A DNA stretch of 64,000 nucleotides from Balanoglossus misakiensis (Eukaryota > Animalia > Hemichordata), in contig CM082578.2 in assembly GCA_040954595.2 (NCBI GenBank), positions 3,578,831 through 3,642,830 of the forward strand, in the 5' to 3' direction. Numbering within the stretch: the stretch's first letter is position 1; each line of letters opens with the position of its first letter. Under the pieces are notes generated by a model. It did no database searches, had not been told where the DNA came from, and saw only the letters and a program-made list of their open reading frames with translations. The position numbers and the translations under genes are program-made. Positions 25,987-38,373 of this stretch are shown in pieces.

Positions 25987-26210
25987 CATCATCGCAAAAC
26001 TATGGTTGTTACTTTGTATTACAATGTACACTGTACATCATTACAAACAATATGATTGTTCATTTGTATTACAACGTACATCATTGCAAACAATATGGTT
26101 GTTACTTTGTATGACAACGTACATCATTGCAACAATAATGGTTGTTGCTTTGTATTACAACGTACATCATTGCAACAATAATGGTTGTTACTTTGTATTA
26201 CAACGTACAT
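25987..26210. repeat. Minisatellite, ~43 bp unit x5
   Basis: catcattgcaacaataatggttgttactttgtattacaacgta repeated with few changes. Confidence 0.9.
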
Positions 26211-29200
26211 CTGCACACAAAACACGTGTCAAAACCCCATTCACGCGACACCAACAGTAACACGTGTCATAACCCCATCCAGGCGACACTAGCTATACCA
26301 GTATGTACATCCTATTGTGAACCAAAATTTCCATGTAATAGGCTCGCATTCAAGTATATCTCGTGGTAGAGTGAAGTTTGAGCAATGTAATTACGTCTTG
26401 ACAAGTTCTCATTCCAGTCGTAGCTCTCATCCGTTGTATCCTTGTACTGGCAAGTACACGTTTACTCCACTGTTCCACAAGTTGTTGCATTTCAACCTGC
26501 CATTGCCCTGACCACCAACATATGTGCAAAGAAAAATACTTCATATACCATGCTTTTACAGCCAGGGCGAAAGTGGGGTAATTAAGCAGCAGGGGATCAT
26601 GCAATGCAAACACTTGAACTGGCCAGTAACGTTTGAATTCCTCATTTGCATACAGTTTTTCAACTTTTTTCACAACGAAAGTTTAGCAACTTGCAACCCA
26701 TTTCTGACAATTATTTCACCCCAGGCACATTACTGGTACTATGAGTGTACTACATGTGATTTTTCATGAAGTTTTATCGAGAAGAATTTCTTTACTTCCA
26801 CTGACAAAATTGTGATCACGAAATTCAAAGTGACCTTGAAGTTAAAAAAAAAAAAAATATCAGCCATCCCCACACAAAAATTAACCCCCTCAGGTTTTAG
26901 AAACATTATTAAACTCCTCTATTCATAATTTTGACATGAATATATCCATGCCGAGAGTCAAGGACCACAATTTACAGTGCCATAGTCAGTCCTGTAGAAG
27001 TCAGTCAGCGTGGATAGTGTATAGACTCCGTATGTAATATGCTAATGAGAGTTAACGACGCGTTGAAAAGGAAGCCATTACGTCATGCGTTGACCTACTT
27101 CAATGCATACACATACATGTATGGTATATCACGGCTGTACTCGTCGATGGCGAAGGCAATTTTTACACCGTCATTACTCCACAACGGAGCGGCTCACAAC
27201 ATTATAATTTCACGGTAACTTAGTTCAATATCTTCCTAACCTACCCATTTTTTTTCAAGACAAGAAATCTTTGCCGAGAGTCAGGGACCACAATTTCAAC
27301 CAACATACCGAAACTGTCTTTCTCGGGAACGCGTCGTTAAAACTTCACGAAAAATCATCCTATCATTGACTGTGGTGTTTCATACACGTCTTAGAAAAAT
27401 GGATGCACTACGATCACTTGTAGTACCGAAAATCTCCGTTTGAAAATTTTTCGAACCGGCCGTAACTGCCACTCAGTGACGTTCACATTCAAATAGATCT
27501 CTTTGATCTCACCGCCGTAATTAGTCTCATTTCGCTCACACTGTTACTAGTAATACTTACCATAGTCTGTTGAGCTGAAGTCGGCACAGCCCCAGCCACC
27601 GCTGTCACATCTCTTGTAGTCGGAGTGACCGTTTGCTGTGCACAGGTAGATGGTTGGGTCGTTGGTGTTCCCATCGGGGAGGATGTTGTGGGCGGAGTCG
27701 GTGGATGTACAACGCTGGCAGCAAGTGGCGGACGGGGTCTCTGTTGCTGACTCATGGTACCGTGAGGAGCAGTAGAATAAACCCTAGTGCTGCACTTGCT
27801 CCGCCGTGTGATGTGACACCTGGGTCATTAGGTTTCCCCCTTTTATTCGTATCTTATGAATATTAATATTAACTTAACCAATCACAGCACAGTGGAGATA
27901 TTTTGTTTATTTTGGCCTAACATGTGTTGTCAGGTTTTGACAAGCAGTGTATTGGAAGGTGGCGAATATTGCCGACGCAATTTTAAACCGCCGGTTTCTC
28001 AACGTCACAATCCCACAAACTGCATACACAGTAAGAACTTCAGGGATGTGTACATGCCTTGGTCAGAATCGATAAACTTTTGTATGGGTAGTAAAGTGTT
28101 TCGTACATGTGTGTTACGTCTTGGACCAGTTGACGTGGTCTAGATTTAAAATCAGTAAAACGGGACTTGAAAACAGGTTAAAAGCAACATGCCTCATTAT
28201 AGCACACCCTGCAGCGAACCCTCGATCATGATTCGTTAATACGCCATCACGTGACCTTAGTCATTTCGAACTGTTCCCTAGGGCATCAGTTCGATCGGTT
28301 TCTGCCCGGTACTGTAGCCTGGATGTGGTGTGTGTTGTGTTTGGTGTGCTATAAAACACATGATGACTGACATATTCCGGCAACAGTGTATTTTTGATGA
28401 CTTCGGGACTGCCAGTCACACCAAAACAGTCTGTTTTCCCTCGGGCTATGCCCTCGGAAAAACAAGTCTGTTTTAGCTGTGACGAGCAGCGCCCTCGGTC
28501 ATCAAAATACACTGAAGTCTGGTCCCCTGCCCCAATCCCACCGCTGGCTGCGCTACGCTAAAGGGACTAACTGTTGCCCTCATTGTCAGTCATCATATGT
28601 ATACTGAACACAAATATTTATTCATTCCACTTTTTTGTTGCGTCCTAGTTGTCCGGCCTGACATCAATTCTAATGTATGTACTTTCGTGTGTGCAAACAT
28701 TACGTCGAATCTAAATGTTCTGCAAAGTTTGCGTTCGACACATTCAAATAGTGGGCTGCATTCGCCTCTTTTCTTATTTCATGCGCGCCGAATGTGAGAC
28801 TTTAGATTTGTCCCTTCGTTTCATCCAATTTGTTGTCTTAACCCGATCTCCAACACAGACTAGTCACCACCATTTTGTCTGTTGTTAGAACAGCATACTG
28901 CCTGAGTCTCCAGTTTGGCTCATGAGCATATGTGGCATTCAAAAGTAATATATGTCGTTGAGGGCGACATAGCTTTCGCTTTTAGTAAAGGAGGTGGGGG
29001 GTGGGGGGGGGGGCAAACCATACACATTACAAACAAGTAACAGCGAGATCACATGAAACTGCGATATTTTACACAAGTTCAAGATTGCATCTGTCGTTTT
29101 TCAACCTTCCAAAGTACCACTATACGGTTCGCACTATGTCTAAATGCGACCAACCTCCTACATGAAATCAGTAAAATTCAGAAATTTTTAAAAAATCGAT

Positions 29201-29461
29201 CTCGAGGGTGGGTACGTAAAGACAAAAGCTATTCATCTCTTTACCATTTCTCTGAACAGAAAGGAAAAAACTATCACACACACATATGAAATATTTTGCC
29301 AATGGATAATTAGGTCTTTTGTTTTATTGTGATTTTTCTGTACATTTCATATATATTAGTGAAACGTTGTAAAGGTCGTCTGTGTCATAAAATGTAAATA
29401 CGAATATGTGACACAAAAGCATTTCAGTCATCCTTGTTTTCGCAGTGATATTTTAGCACAA

Positions 29462-31046
29462 TCAGGCAATATAGTAATCGCAGAAGCAGTACCCTTCACC
29501 GAAGCGCGGGAGTTCCTCCAGACAAGTTCCACCAGATATGGAAGCGGTGTTTGGTTTGAAAGGAACCCAGGAAAAGGGACTCGAGAATGCGCCGTGACAT
29601 TCCGATTCCTGAAAATAAAAAACACAATGTTAACTCTTAGACACACAACATAATATGACCATTGGGATAATTGGAGATTGACGAATAAGCGAACAAAGTC
29701 TGCTTGACCATCACGCGTGTAACATTGTCAAGCAGACCACCCGATCGTTCCCAACCTCCACGTGACTGCAGTGCACTTTGCAACGACACTTTGTTTCGGC
29801 CAGTGGCACAGGGGAAAATCATAAATGTTTAGTTCATTCAGGTCCCGCAATAGAGGCAATGCATGACAAAAACCATGCACGTATGGACATACCTTACAAT
29901 GCCAAACACCAATTCCGTTGGCATACTCTATCACATCGCAATTCTGACAACTGGAAATCGACTTGCTTCCGTCTCCAGGGCCCTTCATTCAAACGAATGA
30001 ATATATGAGGTACAAGATTGGCGCAATTTTATGACACCTTTTTGCGATTCAGGTTGTGAGTACTATCTTTTTAAGGCTTTCTGCAATTTGATTACACCAT
30101 AGTCCAGTTACTGCTTACTGGTTGTGATTAAAACGGCACCTTGATCTGAGTATTTGGTGTTTTCTTGACACATTGGTAGAATTTCGGGTACGGACCTGTC
30201 TGCTATATAAGACCTACAAGAACAGTGGCAACGACATAGACCCAATTTTTTATGGATGAAGTCCGGATTGCACGACCGCCAGTGTTCGCAAAGAGTCGAC
30301 CGAGGACTTACACAGCTGTAGACTTACCAGATCGATATCTGCAGAGATGTGCCTCTCTGATATTGCAACGATTAAGAGGCGAGTGTCGTTCTTGAAATCC
30401 GTCGCTTGCAAAACCGTACTCCGGCTTCGTTCCTCTACAAGCCCGCCCTTGACGTCATTCACTTTGGCCACCAGCTCCGACGGGCACTTGTTTGTTATGT
30501 CACAGTCGAAGTAATACACCCCGTCATCTGCATTGACGCCAATCTTGCATCTATCGCAGGCGGGATTACCATTTTCGCTTATCGGCATGGGGCGACTTGG
30601 ATGCAGAGACATTAACGCAACTATTGAGGCGAAAAGAAGCCCTCGAAGTGTCTAAGATAGAAAACACGTGCGGTTATTTTTTTTATTTCATTTTCCCTTG
30701 TTGGAAACGGTGTAGTATGCGGATTTCGTTCTTTCAAACATTCGGATTAAATATCAGTTATTATACTCAAATATTGGCTTTGTATTGTTTAACTCGGACA
30801 TCTTAGTCATCTTTGCCCATTCATCTCTACTTCTCAAAACACCATTCCAGATTGTTATTACGGTAAGTCCATTATGTCGTAATCGCGAATAACACTATCC
30901 AAACGATGACAAACGTATCAAGATGACAGTTATCACAACGTCAAATATAAGAACCTGTTTGGGGCACATCAAATGCAGTCAATTCCTGTGCAGATTGTGC
31001 TTGTAAATATATACTACGTCTCTGGAAGGAAAAAAAAACTTACCAT
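29462..31046 (-). CDS. Secreted Cys-rich family copy A (exons 31044-31046 ATG, 30328-30651, 29893-29982, 29462-29608; 187 aa)
   Basis: All phase-0 GT-AG introns. MTLRGLLFASIVALMSLH signal-like N-terminus; GPGDGSKSISSCQNCDV; ESECHGAFSSPFSWVPFKP...CDYYIA*. Confidence 0.85.
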
Positions 31047-31469
31047 GATAGTGTATGTATCAGGACCGACTGCACACTCCAACTGTAAGTAAGCTCTGTA
31101 CACGCTTTGTTGAAAAATTTTGCTTTCTCGTAACTTTATTGCTATAAAACATATTGTAGTCAGGAGATCCAAATTAGTTTTGTACCGAGAGTTTACTTTT
31201 TCGCACAAGAAAGCAGAAACATACGGTGCTTTCGTATTCGACCTTTTCTATAGGAGCAGCTCACATGTAGCTGGGCGGATGACATACGGTAATCAGTAAT
31301 AAAACATCCCGAGAAAAGTTTTTATATATACCAGCGCGCATGTGTAGAACCATAATTGGCTATATACTGTAGAGCAGAGTAGTGGCCTGTAGTGAGATAT
31401 GTAACCCTGGCAGCTAGAAAAAAAATATTGAGTCGAGCGATCGCTGCACGGCCAGTGCATAAAACATAA

Positions 31470-31992
31470 ATTATATTATATCATGCTACCATCCGCGATT
31501 CTGATTGGACGAAAGCGATGGTAAAATACTGTTTTACCACTGCTGGCAGTTGAAAAACGGGCCGCTGAACTAGCATGCAGCAGGGAAAATATGCGGTTAA
31601 ACCACAGTCATGTGGATTTAAACCAAATAAGTAACATAAAAACACTTGCATTTACGGATTTTGTGAATTGCACTTTTGTCACTTTTTGTGCTTCATGTTT
31701 AATGCTCGATCCCGGGCCGCTCGTGTTTACAATCATCGTCGCCATGTTGGTTCACAATCGTAACTTCTTTTTCTGACGCTGTTTTGTCAAGAAAATGACA
31801 CTGATATGCCACAAAATCAATTGTTGATATATATGTAATATAATAGCAATAACCCCCGCCTCAGTCTGGTATACACTCGATTTTGGTACAATTCGCTCCA
31901 TATAGCACTCGACTGACGGCTCGTGCTATATGTCTCAAATTGTACCCAACTCTCGTGTATACAAGCCTGCGGCGGGGGTTATTGCTTAAATA
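31470..31992. mobile_element. Hairpin-ended non-autonomous element between copies A and B
   Basis: Terminal palindrome gcaataacccccgcc...gcgggggttattgc; same architecture as 12368-12753. Confidence 0.6.
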
Positions 31993-32438
31993 TCGGTTAT
32001 AGTTAGCTTTTCTGATGAATTCTCTCCCGATGATGTACATATTCCATCATAGGTCGCGCTAACCATTTTCGGATGACGTTTTGAATGCATGTTCATTGGC
32101 AGTTCACAACGTGTGGTTAAATCCTTATCGTCAATCAATAAGAAAATCACATCAAAATATTGCACACGAATTAAACACGTGCGAAGACATGACCAGCTCT
32201 CTTGTTTTTATTATGAATTTTTAGTACATTTCTGTGAATCTGAGGAGTTTAGTTGTGTTATAACGAATAAGGGACACAAAGCATGTATATTTTGCAGTTA
32301 GGCCTATTTGTGTTCGTTTTATTTATTTGTCATTAAAACATTTCCAATTTACAAACTCAAATGGGGGTAAAGAGAGTATATAAGCTTGTAATCTACCATG
32401 GGGTCCTACATAAAATTTCTCATGATATTTGACCAAAA

Positions 32439-33971
32439 TTAGACAAAGTAGTAGTTGCAGTAGAAATACACTTCACCGAAGCGAGGGATTTCTTCGACAC
32501 AAATTCCACCAGATATGGAACCCAAGAAAACGCACCTGAGAATGCGTGTGGACATTCCGACTCCTAACAAATAAAACAAAACAAACCAAAACATACATCG
32601 TTAATATTCAGGCACAAAATATAATATATAAACGTTAATATCGCAAATTTCTGGTCGTGTGAGAAAAAGAATCTCACACACTCGTCGGGATATTTTGTTG
32701 GGGATTTTTTGTCCCACACGAGCCAGCAAAAAATCCCCAACTCGTGTGAGAAATACGATCCCAGGTCCTTGGGAGTGTGAGATTATATTAATCACTTATT
32801 TTATATCCCCAACACATATGCAATTTGAGAGCAACATGAATGTGTCCAGAACGGTCCAGAATATAAACAAAAATCATGAGAAGCTGTGCATGATCCAAGA
32901 TGTACATACCTTACAATGAAAAAGACCAATTCCGTTGGCATAATTTATCACATCGCAACTCTGACAACTGGAGATCAACTCGCTTCCATTCCCAGGACCC
33001 TGCATCCAATTAAATGAATAGGTCGGGTACACGATTAGCCAAACGTATATTGCGCTTTTGTATCTTATCCAAACTTGCGTAAATGATTCAGACACCAACG
33101 TTACCTTTAATATGAATGTTTGTCGCTTTCTCGAAACATGGACATTGCCCCCGTAGAGACCAGTCTTTCGAATATGTAGTACCCTACAAAAACAGTATGT
33201 ATGGATGATGGCAAATCGGGAGCCTTACTATCATTGATTATAAACAGCCAGTATACGACATAATACATAGCTGTTGACTTACCATATCAAGTTCCTCTAA
33301 ATCAGAAGGGTGCTCTCCAGACAATACAACGACTAAACGGCGAGTGTCACTCTTTAAATCCAAAGCGTACGAAAATGAACTCCGACTTCTTTCCTCTACA
33401 AGACCGCCTTTGACGTCATTCATTTTGGCCACCAGCTCCGACGGGCACTGGTTTCCTATACCGCCACATTCTAAGTAAGTCAAACCGTCCTCTGCATTGA
33501 CGTCTATGTTGCATTTATTACAAGAGAGATCGTCGATCACGCCATTTTCTCTTTTCAGCAGGGCTCCACTCACATGAATTGAAAATGACAAGGCTATTGC
33601 TGTGATAAGAAACCGTCGAAGTGTCTAAGATAAGAAACAGATAGTTAAATTGTCTCCCCCGTGTATGGAATGACGTATTAAATATTAGTGATTATACTCT
33701 TACAAAGCCTGGGGTACGGCTTGCATGTGTTATCAGCTACATAGAAAACTGAACAAGAAACCCTTTATATATTTTTCTACAATCCAGATGGTACATATAT
33801 CCAATATACCCTACGCTCTAATAGTCCCGTCCACACATGACAAAATATATCAGCTTGGAGATGATTCTCATAAAGTCATAGATAATAAACGTTTGGGGTA
33901 CAATTTGATCAAATCCTCATTTACGTGTGAATAGTACTAGTATGTTCCACTTGAAAATGCACACTTACCAT
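32439..33971 (-). pseudogene. Secreted Cys-rich family copy B (exons 33969-33971, 33283-33624, 32910-32999, 32439-32563); last exon frameshifted
   Basis: Exons 1-3 are intact. Exon 4 lacks 22 nt relative to copy A, between two TTCC motifs, which shifts the frame after FSWVP. Confidence 0.78.
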
Positions 33972-34765
33972 ATTGTTAATATCAGGAACGACTATGCCCA
34001 CTGTAAGATTAATTCTTGAAACAAAGTGCCCATAATTTTATTAATAAACATGTACAACATATTCTAATCGGGTCAACCAAACTATTTTTATACGGACATT
34101 TTTTGTCGGGAAAAACACGGGGTCGTGATACAGTTATATACAAAGATCAGTGGGGAGTAGTTTATGCAGACGATAAACTGAGTTTGACACACAAATTAAA
34201 AACAAATGAAATAAATTTTGCCAAGACAAAACTACATGTTTTGTTTTTATTATGATTTTACAATACATTCCTGTCAAACATATTGTTATCAGGTGAACCA
34301 TGTTATTTTTGTACAGAGAGTATATTTTTTCCTGACAGGAAAACATTATCACGTGGTAGATCATATTTGTTCGTGTGTAGGAGAATTAATGTGTGTGCGG
34401 TTCATCAGCAAACAAGCACCTTTTTGTAACACTGCACTATAGTGTGCATCTATATTTATAACACACCATGCAGCGAACCCTCGATCGTGATTCGTCAATA
34501 CGCCGTCACGTGACCTTAGTCATTATAAACAACCAATATATTGACACTGACCGCAAAAAAGTTAATTTTAAAGTGGCACACAGGCCAATATGATGTGACC
34601 ACGTGACAGTTTCATGCGGACAGGAAAATAAAGTTATGACAAAAATAGCCTGGTGCTTCATATGAATATAATTTGTATATATAGGGAGTAACGAGTCGAG
34701 GAGTTTCAACATAGCTGAGACAAACCTTGCTGTCAATGTTTGCATTCGTTTGTAGGACACACACA

Positions 34766-36452
34766 ATGGTAAGTTTACGCGAATGACTGTGCACTTAGGC
34801 TATAGTGTGTAGGCCTACACAAATTGTTCGTACTCGGTCAGGCTTTGCCAGAACAGTGCATCATTTTCGTCGTGGTATTTTTGACATAGACGGGAAAAAG
34901 TTACTATAGCGAATACGACTAAACACACAACAATTTCAGATCATGACTATATGAAATTCTGAAAGAGTCATGAGTTTAACTCAGACGTATAAACAAATAT
35001 ATGATATTGCGAAACGTATAGAACATTACGAATAATGCAACTACATGTATTTTGAAAAGGGAAAGACGACATAAACTCATGATGTCAATACATCTGTTTT
35101 TTCTATCTCAGGCATTTCGACGATTTGCCGCCACAACAATAGTTGTGTTGATATCGTTTCATGCGAGTGTGGCCGTGGTGAAGGGAGAGGATAGGGAGAA
35201 CAGTCCAACTTGCTACGGTGAAACATGTAAGGTTATTGTAGAAGCCGACGAAGGATTGAATTACGTAGACTGTAATATAACACAAGAGTGTCCCGCAGAC
35301 CTGTTCGCCAAAGTCAGCGATGTTAAGGCTGGTCTTGTGCAGGAGACAAGCCGAAGTTCTATTGCATACACCATGGATTTTCATACCGATATTCACTTTT
35401 CAGTTGTTGTGATATCAGGCAGGCGACTTTCCGATGATATTGATCTGGTGCGTAAAATATATCATAGTCATTCTTTGATATTGTTTGAGCATTGTATTTC
35501 TGATGTGTAAATCCCCAGTCAAGTGCCTGAAAATACTGGGTGATTTAATAGCGGATATCCATGCAGACTCGGGTCTTTGCATATCGCTGTTTCTGCTAGG
35601 GCTTTCGGCCATCCAGCACGACCGACTCCTCCAATCGCAACACAAAATTTATATTACAGGTAACTAATTAGTCTGAATTATCAAATGTAATTTTTGAATC
35701 CCAGGTATACATGTACTTGTCTATAACAAACCTTCCATTCTGTCAAATACAGGGCCCAGGTGACGGGAAAAAGTTGATTTCTAATTGTGGGCACTGTGAT
35801 GTGATACTGTATGAAAACGGAGTTGGCGCTTATGATTGCAAGGTTTGTATATAGTGAACCATTACAACTTTTGATATTGATATAGGCCTAGTGCACAACA
35901 ATTCATGTCGCCTGAAGCAAGGAAAGAAAAGAAATTCTAGCTTTTCTTCTAGGCTAAACATGAAGAATGGAGAAAAAACAGCATAATCGCGGTATAAAAT
36001 CAGCGATGTCACATTATCTGTGCAGTACACATATGGACAATTTAAACTGACGTTTTAGTTCAACGGTCCGGGAAACATGAGGTGATCAATAATGGAAATT
36101 CACAATCACACACGGGTGAGCCGGTGAACAATATCTCCCGTAAATGAAACTAGTTCTAGAGTTCTGGAAACACGAGGCGTTAATGGAATTTCTTTTTATA
36201 AAACTGTGGTGGATCTCCTATAATATAGACATGACTAACAATCAATTAATCTGTTCTTCAGATTAAACCTGATCTGCCCTTTGACTAATGTTTGATATCC
36301 CCTTTCAGGAATCGGTGTGTCACGATGCATTCGCAGGTCCCTTTTCCTGGGCTCCGGTGAAACCATTCACTGATGCTTTCAGCGGCTCTTGCTTAGAGAC
36401 CAACCCTCACTTTGGCGAAGTGTTCTATTACTGCGATTTCTATTTTGTCTGA
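34766..36452 (+). CDS. Secreted Cys-rich family copy C (exons 34766-34768, 35112-35447, 35753-35842, 36309-36452; 190 aa, 10 Cys)
   Basis: ATG|gtaagt micro-exon; MAFRRFAATTIVVLISFHASVA signal; GPGDGKKLISNCGHC; GPFSWAPVKP...YYCDFYFV*. TATA-like motif at ~34677 and AATAAA at ~36536. Confidence 0.88.
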
Positions 36453-38373
36453 TTTTGGTGAATTATCTCGAAAAAAAACGGATTCTCTTTAGACTGCATG
36501 GTGCTGTGGGTATGTTTTACAAGCTTATATATACCAATAAAAGGTGAATAAGAAAAATAATTGTCTTTTGTTAACAATGGTGTATCTTTCATTGTCTTTA
36601 CGCCGTCTACGTTGGTGCCGGTCAAGATTATTGTTATCACAGTCATAAATTTCTTTTCATTCTTGCAATTCATAAGAACTCATTGCATAAGGTTGGAGTT
36701 CTGACAATCATACAGTGTTGCAAAAATGATGCATAGCTATAACTCTCACCAATGCATGTCCACTATAGAGATCTCATTACAATAGCCAACATGTGGTCTG
36801 ACCCATATGTAACAGCATACAAACGGGCACTCCCACTCAACTCAATCTGCGACTCCAGTCCTTGACTGGGGTGGGTGTACCTACCTCTACAGGCCTCAAC
36901 GATTATTTTTTGTCTAAATCTCTCATCTAATGTTTAATCTGCTTTGTCTACAATCAAAGTGGAGTTTGTTAACAGTTTACCAGTAGTAAAGCATGTTTAA
37001 TTGAAGAAGTCAATTGGAATAGGCCAATTTTTTGTGGTACCAAACAAAATTGTGCAAAAGAGATAAAAAAGAGAAAATTGTCCATTTAACATGAGAAAGT
37101 GCATATATCTATTGCAGAAATATTTAATCTTCATTTCAATCTATTAATACAAATGCAAACAAGTAATAAAGCTTTAACAAAAATAACCAGCTATAGCATA
37201 TTTAAGTACACATACCAGCATTTTATTAATACTATTTTGTATACAGTTTCTTTATGGGAGTGCAAAACAATCATGATGTACATACTTATGCTGAGCGAAA
37301 CCGTGCAGAAATTTGAGTGAAGTTTTGACCTTTGCAGGTCTGTGGTGAAGGCCGTGTAATTGAGGGAACACACAGAACTGTACACAGGGCTTAGTCTAGT
37401 ATAATAATCCATGCAAATGACATGAAAATGCTAACAACCTTTCTTGATTCCGACACCTTTGAAAAAATACATTCGAGAAAAAAACATCTACACGTGTCTA
37501 GTTACACACGCTCTTACACACGTGGAAGTAGCAGATTGATTCTGTCGGTGATGGCGCTAGTCCTACGGGCTATTGAAATGGGCGTCGCACAACTTTCAAG
37601 TACAAACCATGCTAATCTGTGCATTGGAGTTTAAAGGAATTTACACCTTACCTTCGGCAAAATAAGACGATGGTCTTATCCTATCCAAGAAATTCAAACT
37701 TCCGGCGCATGAGTTATTCTTGCCCATAAAAGCCAAATTTATCCACCAAATCCTTCAGCGCGATTCAAATTTCACCGCCGGCCGCCATCTTTAAAACTCT
37801 AAGATCTCGCAAAGTCCCACGGGATTTCTGGAAACTCGGAAAATTTATTACGTCCGTTTTCGCATAGAAGATGTTATTGTTTATTCTTCACTGCTGTTTT
37901 TATCACTACATTTGGGGTGCGTCCATGATAAAACAATGTGGTTGTAACTGTTTATCATTTTCCCTACTTACTTTTTATCATTTTTCCAACTTACTTTGCC
38001 AAAACATGTACATGTCTTGGTTGACAGGGTCTCCCTGATCATGGAAATATTAAAATTACCAACAAGAAAGTTGCCTTTGATGTGCAGTAGGCTACAGCGC
38101 TACCACATATCACTGTTTTACAGATAACAAATTGAATTTGTTGCACCACAGTAGTGCATGCCTCCTCGCTCTATTAACGATATGGTTGAACACAAGCCTA
38201 TATGACAAACCACGTGACAGTCATATGCCGACATGAAAATAAATTTATGACAAAAATAGCTTGGTGCTTATGAATATAATTTGCTTATATAGAGAGTGAC
38301 GAGTCAAGAAATTTCGATACAGCTGAGACGAACCTAGTTGTCGATGCGTGCATTCGTATGTAACATGCGCACA

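Noticed and set aside
25987-26210. Regular repeats superficially like a CRISPR array
   Set aside because: Head-to-tail 43-bp units with no unique spacers, no cas genes, and a eukaryotic context; it is a minisatellite.
26350-27755. ORFs 26350-26673 and Pro/Thr-rich 27489-27755 on the minus strand
   Set aside because: No identifiable domain or consistent exon chain; possibly decayed transposon sequence.
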